DNA of 64,000 nucleotides from the human T2T-CHM13v2.0 reference genome, Homo sapiens. The notes under the pieces are model-generated. The model was not told the DNA's origin and made no database searches. It saw only the letters and a list, made by a program, of their open reading frames with translations. Below, piece after piece: positions 15,051-29,666 of the stretch. Every line of letters starts with the position of its first letter. Within the stretch, counting starts at the first letter, position 1. Location of the stretch: the NCBI RefSeq assembly GCF_009914755.1, contig NC_060929.1; one strand, 5' to 3'. Made by a program: the position numbers and the translations under genes.

Positions 15051-16510
15051 ATGGGAAACACTCAGGCATCAACAGGCTCACTTTTGAAATGCATCCTAAG
15101 CCAATGGGACCAATTTGATCCATAAACCCTGAAAAAGAGGCAGCTCATTTGTTTCCACACTACGGCCTGGCCCCAATATTCTCTCTCTGATGGGGAAAAA
15201 TGGCCACCTGAAGGAAGTACAAATTACAATACTATCCTGCAGCTTGACCTTTTCTGTAAGAGGGAAGGCAAATGGAGTGAAATACCTTATGTCCAAGCTT
15301 TCTTTTCACTGGAGGAGAACATACAACTATGCAAAGCTTGCAATTTACATCCTACAGGAGGACCTCTCAGCTTACCCCCTTATCCTAGCCTCCCTATAGC
15401 TCCCCTTCCTATTAATGATAAGCCTCCTCTAATCTCCCCCGCCCAGAAGGAAATAAGCAAAGAAATCTCCAAATGATCACAAAAACCCCTGGGCTATCAG
15501 TTATGTCCCCTTCAAGCTGTAGGGGGAGGGGAATTTGGCCCAACCTGGGTACATGTCCCCTTCTCCCTCTCTAATTTAAAGCAGATCAAGGCAGACCTGG
15601 GGAAGTTTTCAGATGATCCTGATAGGTACATAGATGTCCTACAGGGTCTAGAGCAAACCTTTGATCTCACTTGGAGAGATGTCATGCTATTGTTAGATCA
15701 AACCCTGGCCTTTAATGAAAAGAATGCAGCTTTAGCTGCAGCCCAAAAGTTTGGAGATACCTGGTATCTTAGTCAAGTAAATGATAGAATGACAGCCAAA
15801 GAAAGGGACAAATTCCCTACCAGTCAGCAAGCCATCCCCAGTATGGATCCCCACTGGGATCTCAACTCAGATCATGGGGACTGGAGTCATAAACATCTGT
15901 TGACCTGTGTTCTAGAAGGACTAAGGAGAATTAGGAAAAGCCCATGAATTATTCAATGATGTCCACCATAACTCAGGGAAAGGAAGAAAATCCTTCTGCT
16001 ATCCTTGAGCAGCTATGGGAGGCCTTAAGAAAATATACTCCCCTGTCACCCAACTCACTAGAGGGTCAACTGATTCTAAAAGATAAGTTTATTGCCCAAT
16101 CTGCAGCAGATATCAGGAGAAAGCTCCAAAAGCAAGCCCTGGGCCCTGAACAAAATCTGGAGGCATTATTAAACCTGGCAACCTTGGTGTTCTATAATAG
16201 GGACCAAGAGGAAGAGGCCCAAAAGGAAAAGTGAGATCAGAGAAAGGCCGCAGCCTTAGTCATGGCCCTCACACAAACAAACCTTCATGGTTCAGAGAGG
16301 ACAGAAAACAGAGCAGGCCAATCACCCGGGATGGCTTGTTATCAGTGTGGTTTACAAGGACATTTTAAAAAAGATTGTCCAACGAGAAACAAGCTGCCCC
16401 CTCGTTCATGTCCACTATGCTGAGGCAATCACTGGAAGGTGCACTGCCCCAGAGGACAAAGGTTCTCTGGGTCAGAAGCTGCCAACCAGATGATCCAGCA
16501 ACAGGACTGA
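15051..16510 (+). pseudogene. HERV9 gag, disrupted
   Basis: MGNTQASTG...WPPEGS...LQLDLFC; major homology region QGKEENP; zinc knuckle CYQCGLQGHFKKDC; in-frame stops and frameshifts; ends QQD-TGA. Confidence 0.9.
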
Positions 16511-18580
16511 GGGTGCCTGGGGCAAGCGCCAGCTCATGTCATCACCCTCACTGAGCCCTGGGGACATTTAATCATTGAGGGCCAGGAAATTGACTTCCTC
16601 CTGGACACTGGCGCGGCCTTCTCAGTGTTAATCTCCTGTCTTGGATGACTGTCCTCAAGGTCCGTTACCATCCGAGGAATCCTGGGACAGCCTGTAACCA
16701 GTTGTTTCTCCCACCTCCTCAGTTGTAATTGGGAGACTTTGCTCTTTTCACATGCCTTTCTTGTTATGCCTGAAAGTCCCACACCCTTATTAGGGAGGGA
16801 TATATTAGCCAAGGCTGGAACTATTGTCTACATGAATATGAGGAACAAGTTACCCATTTGTTGTCCTCTACTTGAGGAGGGAATCAACCCTGAAGTCTGG
16901 GCATTGGAAGGACAATTTGGAAGGTCAAAAAATGGCCACCCAGTCCAAATCAGGCTAAAAGATCCCACCACTTTTCCTTATCAAAGGCAATATCCCTTAA
17001 GGCCTGAAGCTCATAAAGGATTACAGGATATTGTTAAACATTTAAAAGCTCAAGGCTTAGTAAGGAAATGCAACAGTCCCTGCAACACCCCAATTCTAGG
17101 AGTACAAAAACCGAACGGTCAGTGGAGACTAGTGGAAGATCTTAGACTCATCAAAAAGGCAGTAATTCCTCTATATCCAGTTGTACCCAACCCCTATAGC
17201 CTGCTCTCCCAAACACCAGAGGAAGCAGAATGGTTCACTGTTCTGGACCTCAAGGATGCCTTCTTCTGTATTCCCCTGCACTCTGACTCCCAGTTTCTCT
17301 TTGCCTTTGAGGATCCCACAGACCACACATCTCAACTTATGTGGACCGTCTTGCCCCAAGGGTTTAGGGATAGCCCTCACCTGTTTGGTCAGGCACTGGT
17401 CCAAGATCTAGGCCATTTCTCAAGTCCAGGCACTCTGGTCCTTCAGTATGTGGATAATTTACTTTTGGCTACCAGTTCTGAAGCCTCATGCCAGCAGACT
17501 ACTCTAGATCTCTTGAACTTTCTAGCTAATCAAGGGTACAAGGTGCCTAGATCGAAGGCCCAGCTTTGCCTATAGCAGGTCAAATATCTAGGCCTGATCT
17601 TAGCCAGAGGTACCAGGGCCCTCAGCAAGGAACAAATACAGCCTATACTGGCTTATCCTCACCCTAAGACATTAAAACAGTTGCGGGGGTTCCTTGGAAT
17701 CACCGGCTTTTGCTGACTATGGATCCCTGGATACAGAGGGATAGCCAGGCCCCTGTATACTTCTCTTTATACATCACAGAGAGTGCAGGGCTAGCTCTTG
17801 GAGTCCTTACTCAGACTCGTGGGACAACCCCACAACCAGTGGCATACCTAAGTAAGGAAATTGATGTAGTAGCAAAAGGCTGGCCTCACTGTTTAAGGGT
17901 AGTTGCGGCGTTGGCTTAGTGTCAGAGGCTATCAAAATAATACAAGGAAAGGATCTCACTGTTTGGACTACTCATGATGTAAATGGCATACTAGGTGCCA
18001 AAGGAAGTTTATGGGTATCAGACATCCGCCTACTTAGATACCAGGTGCTACTCCTTGAGGGACCGGTGCTTCAAATACATATGTGCATGGCCTCAACCCT
18101 GCCACTTTTCTCCCAGAGGATGGGGACCCAATCGAGGATGATCACCAACAAATTATAGTCCAGACTTATGCCACCCGAGATGATCTCTTAGAAGTCCCCT
18201 TAGCTAATCCTGACCTTAACCTATATACCAATGGAAGTTCATTTGTGGAGAGTGGGATATGAAGGGCAGGTTATGTCATAGTTAATGATGTAACCGTACT
18301 TGAAAGTAAGCCTCTTCCCCCAGGGACAAGGGCCCAGTTAGCAGAACTAGTGGTGCTTACCTGAGCCTTAGAACTGGGAAAGAGGAAAAAAAAATAAATG
18401 TGTATACGGATAGCAAATGTGCTTATCTAATCCTACATGCCCATGCTGTAATATGGGAAGAAAGAGAGTTACCTCTGGGGGGAACCCCCATAAAATACGA
18501 CAAGGAAATCATGGAGTGATTGCACTCAGTGCAAATACTCAAGGAGGTGGCAGTCTTACACTGCCAAAGCCATCAAAAAG
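16511..18580 (+). pseudogene. HERV9 pro-RT-RNase H, disrupted; no integrase
   Basis: Protease LLDTGA; 278-aa open stretch 16739-17575 with LDLKDAFF, LPQGFRDSP and YVDN (normally YVDD); RNase H AQLAEL and YTDSK; deletion near 17760. Confidence 0.92.
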
Positions 18581-18639
18581 GGGAAGGAGAAGGGAGAACA
18601 GCAGCATAAGTGGCTGGCAGAGGCAAGGAAAGACCAGCA

Positions 18640-18842
18640 GAAAGAAAAGAGAGAAAGAGACAGAAAGAGAGAGAGAGAGGAAGAGACAGACACAAAGAAG
18701 GAGTCAGAGAGAGAGAGAGAGAGGAGAAGAGACAGAGACAAATAGGGAGTCAGAGAGACAGAGAGAGTCAGAGAGAGGAAGAGACAGACAAAAAGGGAGT
18801 CAGAAGGAGACAAAGAAGAAGTCAAAGAGAAGAAAGAGAGAT
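18640..18842. repeat. GA-rich low-complexity tract within the ERV
   Basis: Degenerate (GA)n/(GACA) purine tract. Confidence 0.9.
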
Positions 18843-19420
18843 GGAAGTAGTAAAGAAAAAACGTATACCCTATTCCTTTAAAAGCCAAGGTAACTTTAGA
18901 ACCTATAATTGATAATTGAAGGTCTTCTCTGTAACCCTATAACACTCCAATACCACCTTGTTGTCAGTGTAAACAAGGGCGTAGCCTGAAAGCACTGAGG
19001 CCACTGACAACCCATAGCCTTCCTATCAAAAATCCTTAACCCAGCAGGTTTCCTAACAGGGGATCTAAATCTTAACTAATTACCATACAAAGGTCCGATC
19101 AGACCAAGGAGGAACTCCCTTCAGGACAGGAAGATAGATGTTTCCTCCCAGGCGATTAAGGGAAAAAGACACAATGGATATTCAGTAAGTGATAAAGAAA
19201 CTCTTGTAAAATCAGAGTTAGGAAAATTGCCTAATGATATGTCTGCTCAAACCTGCGAGCTGTTTGCACTCAGACAAACAGAATCAGGAAGGAGCCATCT
19301 TATAGAATCAGGAAGGAATTATCTATACCAATTCTAAGTTAATATGGACTGAACAAGGTTTTATTAACAGCAAAGAAAAAATCCCAAACTTACAAGATTT
19401 TCAACTAAAGTTTGCTAAAA
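18843..19420 (+). pseudogene. Second, heavily deleted pol remnant of a different class-I ERV (HERV-I/HERVIP10-like)
   Basis: Ordered motifs YPIPLKAK, PYNTPI, VSVNKGVA, QPIAFLSKILNP, YHTKVR, IDVSSQAIKGKRHNGYSV, LPNDMSAQTCELFAL, IYTNSK, IWTEQGFINSK. Confidence 0.7.
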
Positions 19421-19440
19421 GTTAACAGTGTAACATGTAT

Positions 19441-19928
19441 TATCCTACTACCACACACTCTCAAAGGATTTCTCAGACAGTTTGCAAGAGATAACAAAAT
19501 CTATCCTTACTCTACAATCCCAAATAGACTCTTCGGCGGCAGTGACTCTCCAAAACCGCAGAGGCGTAGACCTCCTCACTGCTGAGAAAGGAGATCTCTG
19601 CACCGTCTTAGGGGAAGAGTGCTGTTTTTATACTAACCAGTTAGGGATAGTACGAGATGCTGCCCGGCATTTACAGGAAAAGGCTTCTGAAATCAGACAA
19701 CACCTTTCAAGCTCTTATACCAACTTCTGGAGTTGGGCAACATGGCTTCTCCCCTTTCTAGGTCCCATGGCAGCCATCTTGCTGTTACTCACCTTTGGGC
19801 CCTATATTTTTAACCTTTTTGTCAAATTTGTTTCCTCTGGAATCAAGGCCATCAAGCCACAGATGGTCTTACAAGTGGAACACCAAATGAGTTCAACCAA
19901 CAACTTCTACCGAGGACCCCTGGACTGA
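19441..19928 (+). pseudogene. HERV9 env TM remnant
   Basis: Immunosuppressive domain LQNRRGVDLLTAEKGDL, CX6CC motif CTVLGEECC, hydrophobic TM segment; SU and fusion peptide absent. Confidence 0.9.
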
Positions 19929-20081
19929 CCTGCTGGCCCTTCCACTGGCCTAAAGAGTTCCCCTCTGGAGGACATTACAACTGCAGGGCTCCTTCTTTGC
20001 CCTTATCCAGCAGGAAGTAGCTAAAGCGGTCATCGGCCAAATTCCCAACAGCAGTTGGGGCATCCTGTTTAGAGGGGGGAT

Positions 20082-20843
20082 TGAGAGGTGAAGCCGGCTG
20101 GGCTTCTGGGCTGGGTGGGGACTTGGAGAATTTTCTGTCTAGCTAAAGGATTGTAAATGCACCAATCAGAGCTCTGTGTCTAGCTAAAAGGTTTGTAAAC
20201 ACACCAATCAGCACTCTGTAAAATGGACCAATCAGCTCTCTGTAAAATGGACCAATCAGCAGGATGTGGGTGGGGCCAAATAAGGGAATAAAAGCTGGCC
20301 ACCCAAGTCAGCAGTGGCAACCCGCTCAGGTCCCCTTCCATGCTGTGGAAGCTTTGTTCTTTCACTCTTCGCAATAAATCTTGCTGCTGCTCACTCTTTG
20401 GGTCCGCACTAACTTCATGAGTTGTCACACTTACCGTGAAGGTCTGCAGCTTCACTCCTGAAGCCACTGAGACCATGGACCCACCAGGAGGAAAAAGCAA
20501 CTCCAGACGTGCCACCTTTAAGAGCTGTAACACTCACCGCGAAGGTCTGCAGCTTCACTCCTGAAGCCAGCGAGACCACAAACCCACTGGAAGGAACAAA
20601 CAACTCCTGACGCACCACCTTTAAGAGCTGTAACCCTCACAGTGAAGGTCTGAAGCTTCACTCCTGAAGTCAGCGAGACCACGAACCCACCAGAAGGAAG
20701 AAACTCCGGATACATCTGAACATCTGAAGGAACAAACTCCGGACCATCTTTAAGAACTGTAACACTCACCGCAAGGGTCTGTGGCTTTGTTCTTGAAGTC
20801 AGCAAGACCAAGAATCCACTGGAAGGAATCAATTCCGGACACA
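20082..20843 (+). mobile_element. LTR12 (short-U3 type), 3' LTR
   Basis: TG...CA ends; four CCAATCAG boxes at 20162-20260; AATAAAA TATA-equivalent ~20287; AATAAA ~20373; tandem U5 repeats (ggtctgcagcttcactcctgaag). Confidence 0.93.
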
Positions 20844-20846
20844 TAA

Positions 20847-23060
<2,214 letters not shown>

Positions 23061-23368
23061 ATAAGTTTATAATTATGTATTAACATACATATTTCAATCA
23101 TTTAATAGAGCTTCAAAACATAAAATGTGAGATTTCCAGTTTGACTTTTTTGTAGCATGCTTCCATATACTATTCATAGATAGTCACAATAATTCTGAAT
23201 GACAGGCCTTGTTGGTATTACTGACATTGCTAGGCTGCCTAGGTGTGAGGTGGTACTTACACAGTTTCATGATCACACACAAGTTTAAGAATGTCAGAAA
23301 AGAGACTGAAGTAGCCATTCAGCTATATGGTTTTCCAGAGGGAAAGCTTGGGTCAAAAATCAGAAATT

Positions 23369-23660
23369 GGCCTGGCACAGTGGTTCACACCTCTAATCCC
23401 AGCACTTTTGGGAAGTGGTTGGATCACTTGAGGCCAGGGGTTCGAGACCAGCCTGGCCAACATGGCGAAACCCCATCTCTATTGAAAACACAAAAATTAG
23501 CTGGATGTAGTGGCACATGCCTGTAATCCCAGCTACAAGGGAGGCTGAGGCACAAGAATCACTTGAACCCAGAAAGTGGAGGTTGCAGTAAACCGAGATA
23601 ACACCACTGTACTCCAGCCTGGGTGACCGAGCAAGACTGTCTCAAAAAAAAAAAAAAAAA
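23369..23660 (+). mobile_element. Alu
   Basis: Alu consensus; TSD aaaaatcagaaattg. Confidence 0.93.
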
Positions 23661-24032
23661 TCAGAAATTGAATACCAAGGTCAAAATTGGTATTGAACCT
23701 CAATGCCCAATATTTTTATGTCAAAGTGCCAGTTTCCTGTAGGTGGACGTCTAGTTGGTTTCTTGCTTTTTGCTCTTACAAATAGTTCTACAATGACAAT
23801 CTTTAAATATATATCTGTGTAGTCTTTAGGGTATCTATCTGTAGGTTAATTCCTACAATTGGACTTGTGGTCAAAGGTATACGTATTTAAAATTTTGATT
23901 GATAACGTCAATTTTCTATCTAAAAACCTTATACCAATTTGTACCTCCATACCTCTATGCACGTGTTGTTTTTCCACACATTTACTAACATTAGATATTA
24001 TCCAACTTTATTTTTTGTCGTTAGAATAGGGT

Positions 24033-26120
24033 TTTTACTTTGTTTTTGAGACAGAATCTGGCTCTGTCACCCAGGCTTGAGTGCAGTGGTACAATCTCAG
24101 CTCGCTGCAACTTCTGCCTCCCGGGCTCAAGTGATCCTCCCACCTCAGCCTTCTGAGTAGCTGAGACTACAGGTGCGTGCCACTATGCCTGGCTAACATT
24201 TGCATTATTTGTAGAGACAGGGTTTTGCCATGTTGTTCATGCTGGTCTCAAACTCCTGAGCTCAAGCAGTCCTCCCGTCTTGGCCTCCCAAAGTGCTGGG
24301 ATTACAGGAGTGAGCTACTGTGCCCAGTAGAATAAGGGTTTTAATTTGCTTTTGAAAAAATAGACTTTAGAGTAGTTTTAGGTTCATGTAAAGTTTAGTG
24401 GATACACAGAGTGCTCCCATGTTATACCTGCCTCCAGATGTGCACCGACTTCCCCATTATCAACATCTCCCACCACAGTGGTATATTTGTTACAATAGAA
24501 CCTACGTTGACACATCATTATTACCCAGTGTCTGTAGTTTACACTAGGTTTCATTCTTAGTGTTGTACATTCTATGGGTTTTGACAAATGCATAGTGACA
24601 CGTATCCACTGTTACAGTATGATACACAATACCTTCACTGCCCTAAAAATCCTCTGTACTCTATCTATTCAACATTCCCTCCCACTTGTCCCTGGCAATC
24701 ACCAATCCCTTTACTCTTTCCATTGTTTTGTCTTTTTCATAATGTCATATAATTGGAGTTATATGGTACCTAGCCTTTTCAGATTGCCTTCTCTCACTTA
24801 ATACACATTTAAGTTTTCTTCGTGGCTTTTCATGGCTTGATAGCTTATTTTTTTGAAAGCTGATGAATATTCCATTGTCTGGATATTCCACAGTTCATTT
24901 ATCTAATTACCCACTGAAGAACATATTGCTTGCTTCCAAGGTTTGCCAATTATGAATAAAGTTGCTATAAACAGTCATGTGCAGGTTTTATGTGGATATA
25001 AGTTTTTAACTCATTTAGGTAAATATCAAGGGACACAACTACTGGATTGGATAGTAAGAGCATGTTCAGTTTTGTGAGAAACCACCAAATTGTCTTCCAA
25101 AGTGGCAGTGCCATTTTGCATTGCCACCAGCAATGAATGAGAGCCCCTGTTGCTCCACATCCATGGCAGCATTTGGTGTTATCAGTGTTTTGGATTTTGG
25201 CCATTCTAATAAGTATGCAGCTGTATCTCACTATTGTTTTAATTTGCAATTTCCTAATGACATATTTTGTGGAGGATCTTTTTATATACTTGCCATCTTT
25301 GTATCTTCTTTGGTGAGGTATCTGTTCAGGTCTTCTCTTCTTCTCCCTTCCTCCCTCCCTCCCTCCCTCCCTCCCTTCCTTCCTTCCTTTCTCTCTCTCT
25401 CTCTTTCTCTCTCCCTCTCTTTCTTTTTCTCTTCCTTTTTTTTTTTTTAAAGAGATGCAGGTCTCATTTTGTCACCCAGGCTGTAGGGTAGTGATCATAT
25501 TTCACTGCTGCCTCAAATTCCTGGGTTCAAGCAATCCTCCCACCTCAGCCTCCCGAGTAGCTGGGACTACAAGTGCATGCCACCATACTGGCTAAAATTC
25601 TTTTTTTGTAGAGATGAGATCTCATCATCCTTCCCAGGCTGGTCTTAAACTCCTGGGCTCAAGTGATCCTTCTGCCTCAGCTTCCCACAGTGCTGGGATT
25701 ACAGGTGTGAACCACCATGCCCAGCTTTCATTTTTTTTTTTTTTTTTTTGAGACAGAGCCTCACTCTGTAGCCCAGGCTGGAGTGCAGTGGTCCAATCTT
25801 GGCTCACTGCAACCTCCGCCTCCCGAGTTCAAGCAGTTCCCCCTGCCTCAGCTTCCCAAGTAGCTGGGATTACAGGTGCCCACCACCATGCCTGGCTAAT
25901 TTTTGTATTTTTAGTAGAGATGGGGTTTCACCATGTTGGCCAGACTGGTCTCGAACTCCTGACCTCAGTTTATCTGCTCCCTTGGCCTCCCAAAATGCTG
26001 GGATTACAGGCATGAGCCACCACGCCCGGCTCAGCCTTCATTTTTTAAATTGGGTGGTTTGTTTTCTTATTGTTGAGTTTAAAAGTTCTTTGCATATTTT
26101 GGATAAGTCCTTTACCAGGT
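24033..26120 (-). mobile_element. L1MC-type 3' fragment (~24340-26120) with Alus at 24033-24327, 25430-25725, 25731-26030 and a CT-rich repeat at 25335-25435
   Basis: L1MC 3'-end text; minus-strand ORF2 C-terminal cysteine-rich peptide at 24965-25249. Confidence 0.8.
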
Positions 26121-26539
26121 GTGATTTGCCATTTAAAATTCATGAAATGTGTTGGAGTAACTTTTTTATATGTTTACTGGCCATTTATGGCTCTTTTTTG
26201 TGAAGTGCACATTTTCTTGCAATTGGCATTAGCTGAATCCACTGCTAAGACTTCTCCCCACTTGGGCTTTCATGCATAGCATAATGGTATACACAATGCT
26301 TCGTCGGAATTTACCTGACTTAGAAAGAACATGCCTGCCCACCTTCCACAAGAAGCTGTACATCTGACTGTAATGGAGCGCTCCTCACTCTCCTCAATGC
26401 AGAGCAGAAATAGTCACAGCAGAGTGGTAGATAAACTTATAGTAAATGTGTCCAATTTAAATGTTACCATCATCAGCAGGAAACATACTACACAGCCATT
26501 GGCTGGATTTCAAGTGACTGTGTGGGTCTTTGATTTCAG

Positions 26540-27060
26540 GAAGTTCGTGAATGCTAATCAAGGGCTAAATAAAGTGGAAAGCAGCATCCTTGAAAATCAT
26601 CGCTCTCAGGACGGGGTCTGCCTGGAATAGCACTGAATGTGTTTAGTAGTGCCTTTGGCTTGGGGGCTTTGGAGAAAGCTGCTTGAGCCCTTCCCATGCT
26701 CATAAATTAGGTAAGGAGCAGTGAGGAAGTGTCTACAGCAACCTCAGCCAATGTGATGTGCCTCTACAGCTGTATGAAGTAGATTCTCTGATTTTATCTT
26801 GAAATCCACAACTTCCACAAAAAAGAAAAATCTTTTACCATTTCTCATTAAAAAAGTAATATAAGTTTATTGTAGGGGGAAATAATCAAATGTAATCTCA
26901 TTACCCAGATATAATCACTGTTAACTTCTTCATTCGAATTTTCCCTAGGTCCATGTATCTATATATCTATGGTTCATAAAAATGAGATTACACCAAAAAA
27001 TATCTTTTGTTATCTATATAGTTCCAGCTTAATAAATATACAACTGTATTATTATTTTTG
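26540..27060 (+). other. S100Z: Probable S100Z terminal non-coding (3'UTR) exon
   Basis: Acceptor-like tctttgatttcag|G at 26539/26540, unique sequence, AATAAA at 27031 followed by T/GT-rich sequence. Its position ~32 kb upstream of CRHBP fits the recalled locus; the gene identity is not provable from this window. Confidence 0.6.
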
Positions 27061-27528
27061 TCTGAATAGTATTTTCATTGATATATCAAAATATATTTAC
27101 TCCAATTCCCTATTGCATATAGATTATTTCTAATTTTTCTATTAATAATACTAAGGGAGCTTTTAAGTCAATACATCTGAATCTTGAATAAAATTCTTGT
27201 TCCTTCTCTTTGGATGGGTATTCAGACTCTTAATTTTACAAATGAAGAAATAAAGTCCCAGAAGGTAACAGAGATAGAACTAGGCACGATTTTCTATTCT
27301 TCTTTCCTTCCTTTCTTTGTGAGAGTTAACGATTATTTAAAAGTATTCATAATTTTCTGATAATAAAAGTAAGACATGGCATTATGACACTGGATATTCA
27401 AAAACCACGATGTCCTTTTACTTGAAGATTTTAAAAGGAAATGATTACAATAAATACCCAGAGTCAACAATTATCAAGTTTCTGTCATATTTGCTTCATC
27501 TGTCTCTTTCCTTTGAAAGCGAATCCTA

Positions 27529-27874
<346 letters not shown>

Positions 27875-27884
27875 TCAGATATGC

Positions 27885-28833
27885 TGTTAGGGCTCAAAAG
27901 TGATACCCCAAAGACTGTGCTTTGACATGCTGAGAGGCCTTAGAAGCTGCCTCAGAATCAAGGTTCCCCTAACCTTGTCTTGTCTCCACCCCCTCCCAAG
28001 CATAGGGAGAGACTCTCTCTGGAATTTCCTTGTCTAACCAAGAAAGCTTTTTTCCAAAAGAAATGCAATTTTTCTTAGGATCCCCTCCCTAGGGGGTCTC
28101 AGCAAATAACCAGGAAAGATCACTCACCAGAGAAGAGAAGATGTTGGAAGTCATCACCATGCCCAGACAGACTTTTCTTCTATTCTTCTGAAGGAAGCTT
28201 CAAGAGATTACCTGGGAAACTTAATCTGCAAAATAAGATGACCTTTGTTCCTGTGCAGTTCTGCCCATCACCTTCCCATAATGTCTCCCTCCCACCTCCC
28301 AGGTTCATACATCTCTTCCCATAAAGAGAGTTTTTTTGTTGTTGTTTGTTTGTTTGTTTGTTTGTTTGTTTTTGAGATAGAGTCTTGCTCCGTTGCCCAG
28401 GCTGAAGTGCAGTGGCACGATCGGCTGACTGCAAGCTCCGCCTCCTGGGTTCATGCCATTCTCCTGCCTCAGCCTCCCGAGTAGCTGGGACTACAGGCAC
28501 CCGCTACCACGCCCGGCTCATTTTTTGTATTTTTAGTAGAGATGGGGTTTCACCGTGTCAGCCAGGATGGTCTTGATCTCCTGACCTCATGATCTGCCCG
28601 CCTCGGCCTCCCAAAGTGCTGGGATTACTGGCATGAGCCACCATGCCTAGCCAAAGAGAGTATTTAAGCAACCATCTAGCCCCTCTTAGAATTCACATTT
28701 TGTATGAATCCCATGCACATATATGCATCTTAATAAAATTTGTATGCCTTTTTTCCCAATAATCTGCCTTTTGTCAGCTGAGTTTTAGCAAGCCTTCAGA
28801 AGACAAAGGGGAAGTTTTCCCTTTGCCCCTACA
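27885..28833 (+). mobile_element. MER39-like solo LTR with a nested AluY (28331-28652, minus)
   Basis: tgttagggctca...ctttgacatgctga start and ...cccctaca end; 4-bp TSD ATGC at 27881-27884 and 28834-28837. Confidence 0.75.
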
Positions 28834-29666
28834 ATGCCTATGTAAAAAAAAAAAAAAAAATGGGCTTCTAAAAAAACACAATACCATATCACACCTAATA
28901 ATTTAATAATTCCGTGACATCATCTAATATGCAGTTCAAAATGAAATTTCCATGACTATCTCAAAACATCTCTTTTTACATTGGGTTTGTTTGAATCAGG
29001 AACAAAACAAGGCCCACAGATTACATTTGGTTCTTAAGGCTCCTAAATCTATATCAATCCTCAGCAGTCTTTTGTAATTTCCCCCCATGCCTATGTTGTA
29101 GAAACCAGGTAGCCCTGTGGAAAGCTTCATATTCTGGATTTGCCCATTTATTCCCATGTTATTTAATTGTTTCCTCTATCACCTATATTTCCATCAGTGA
29201 AGGTAGCTCTAGAGCCTGGATTAGAGTCAAGTTGGACTCCTGTTAAGAGTATTTCACAGGTGGTGCTGTGCAGTCAGTATTGCATTAGGAGCTATCTAAT
29301 GCCTAGTTGCCCACTTTTAGAGTATAGTGGGCCCAGTGCTATGCCACCCCAATGGGGGAGGGCAGGCTAGAGGGGTGGGAGGGCAATACCAAGACAAATG
29401 CAAGATACCCTCCCACCCACGATGGTTCCTCTTCCACCTCCAACTACACCCTCATGGGTGTAGAATCAGATTTTGCTTTGAGATGGGAGAGGTTTCCTCA
29501 TTCAGCCCAATCCACAACACCACCATAGCTCCATCATGGGCAAACCGTTTTTATAGACTTGCTAATTAATGTCTGTGGACCGGCAGCATTAGCATAGCCT
29601 GCACCTGAAAGCTTGTTGGAAATGCAGAAACTCTTACCCTATAATTACCAAATTAAAAATTGGATT

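Larger units (their letters stand above)
13971..20843 (+). mobile_element. HERV9 (ERV9/LTR12) provirus, 5'-truncated and defective
   Basis: ERV9 leader with duplicated repeats at 14690-15000, then gag, pro-pol, env TM, PPT agagggggga (20071-20080) and a 3' LTR12; no 5' LTR or PBS. Confidence 0.92.

Noticed and set aside
16739-17575. 278-aa reverse transcriptase ORF as an active or domesticated RT
   Set aside because: Non-ATG start, catalytic YVDD changed to YVDN, stop before the end of RT, flanked by broken gag and RNase H
18417-18912. Charged, low-complexity ORFs (RERERKRQ...)
   Set aside because: Produced by the GA-rich tract
20420-20830. Spaced direct repeats resembling a CRISPR-like array
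   Set aside because: These are the normal tandem U5 repeats of LTR12; the intervening sequence is also repeated and the DNA is eukaryotic
26331-26630. 99-aa ATG ORF, the same length as an S100 protein
   Set aside because: No EF-hand or other recognisable motif, and it straddles the putative intron/exon boundary
26210-26830. Possible processed pseudogene ending in an A-rich run
   Set aside because: No TSD, no nearby poly(A) signal and no recognisable parent; a terminal exon explains it better
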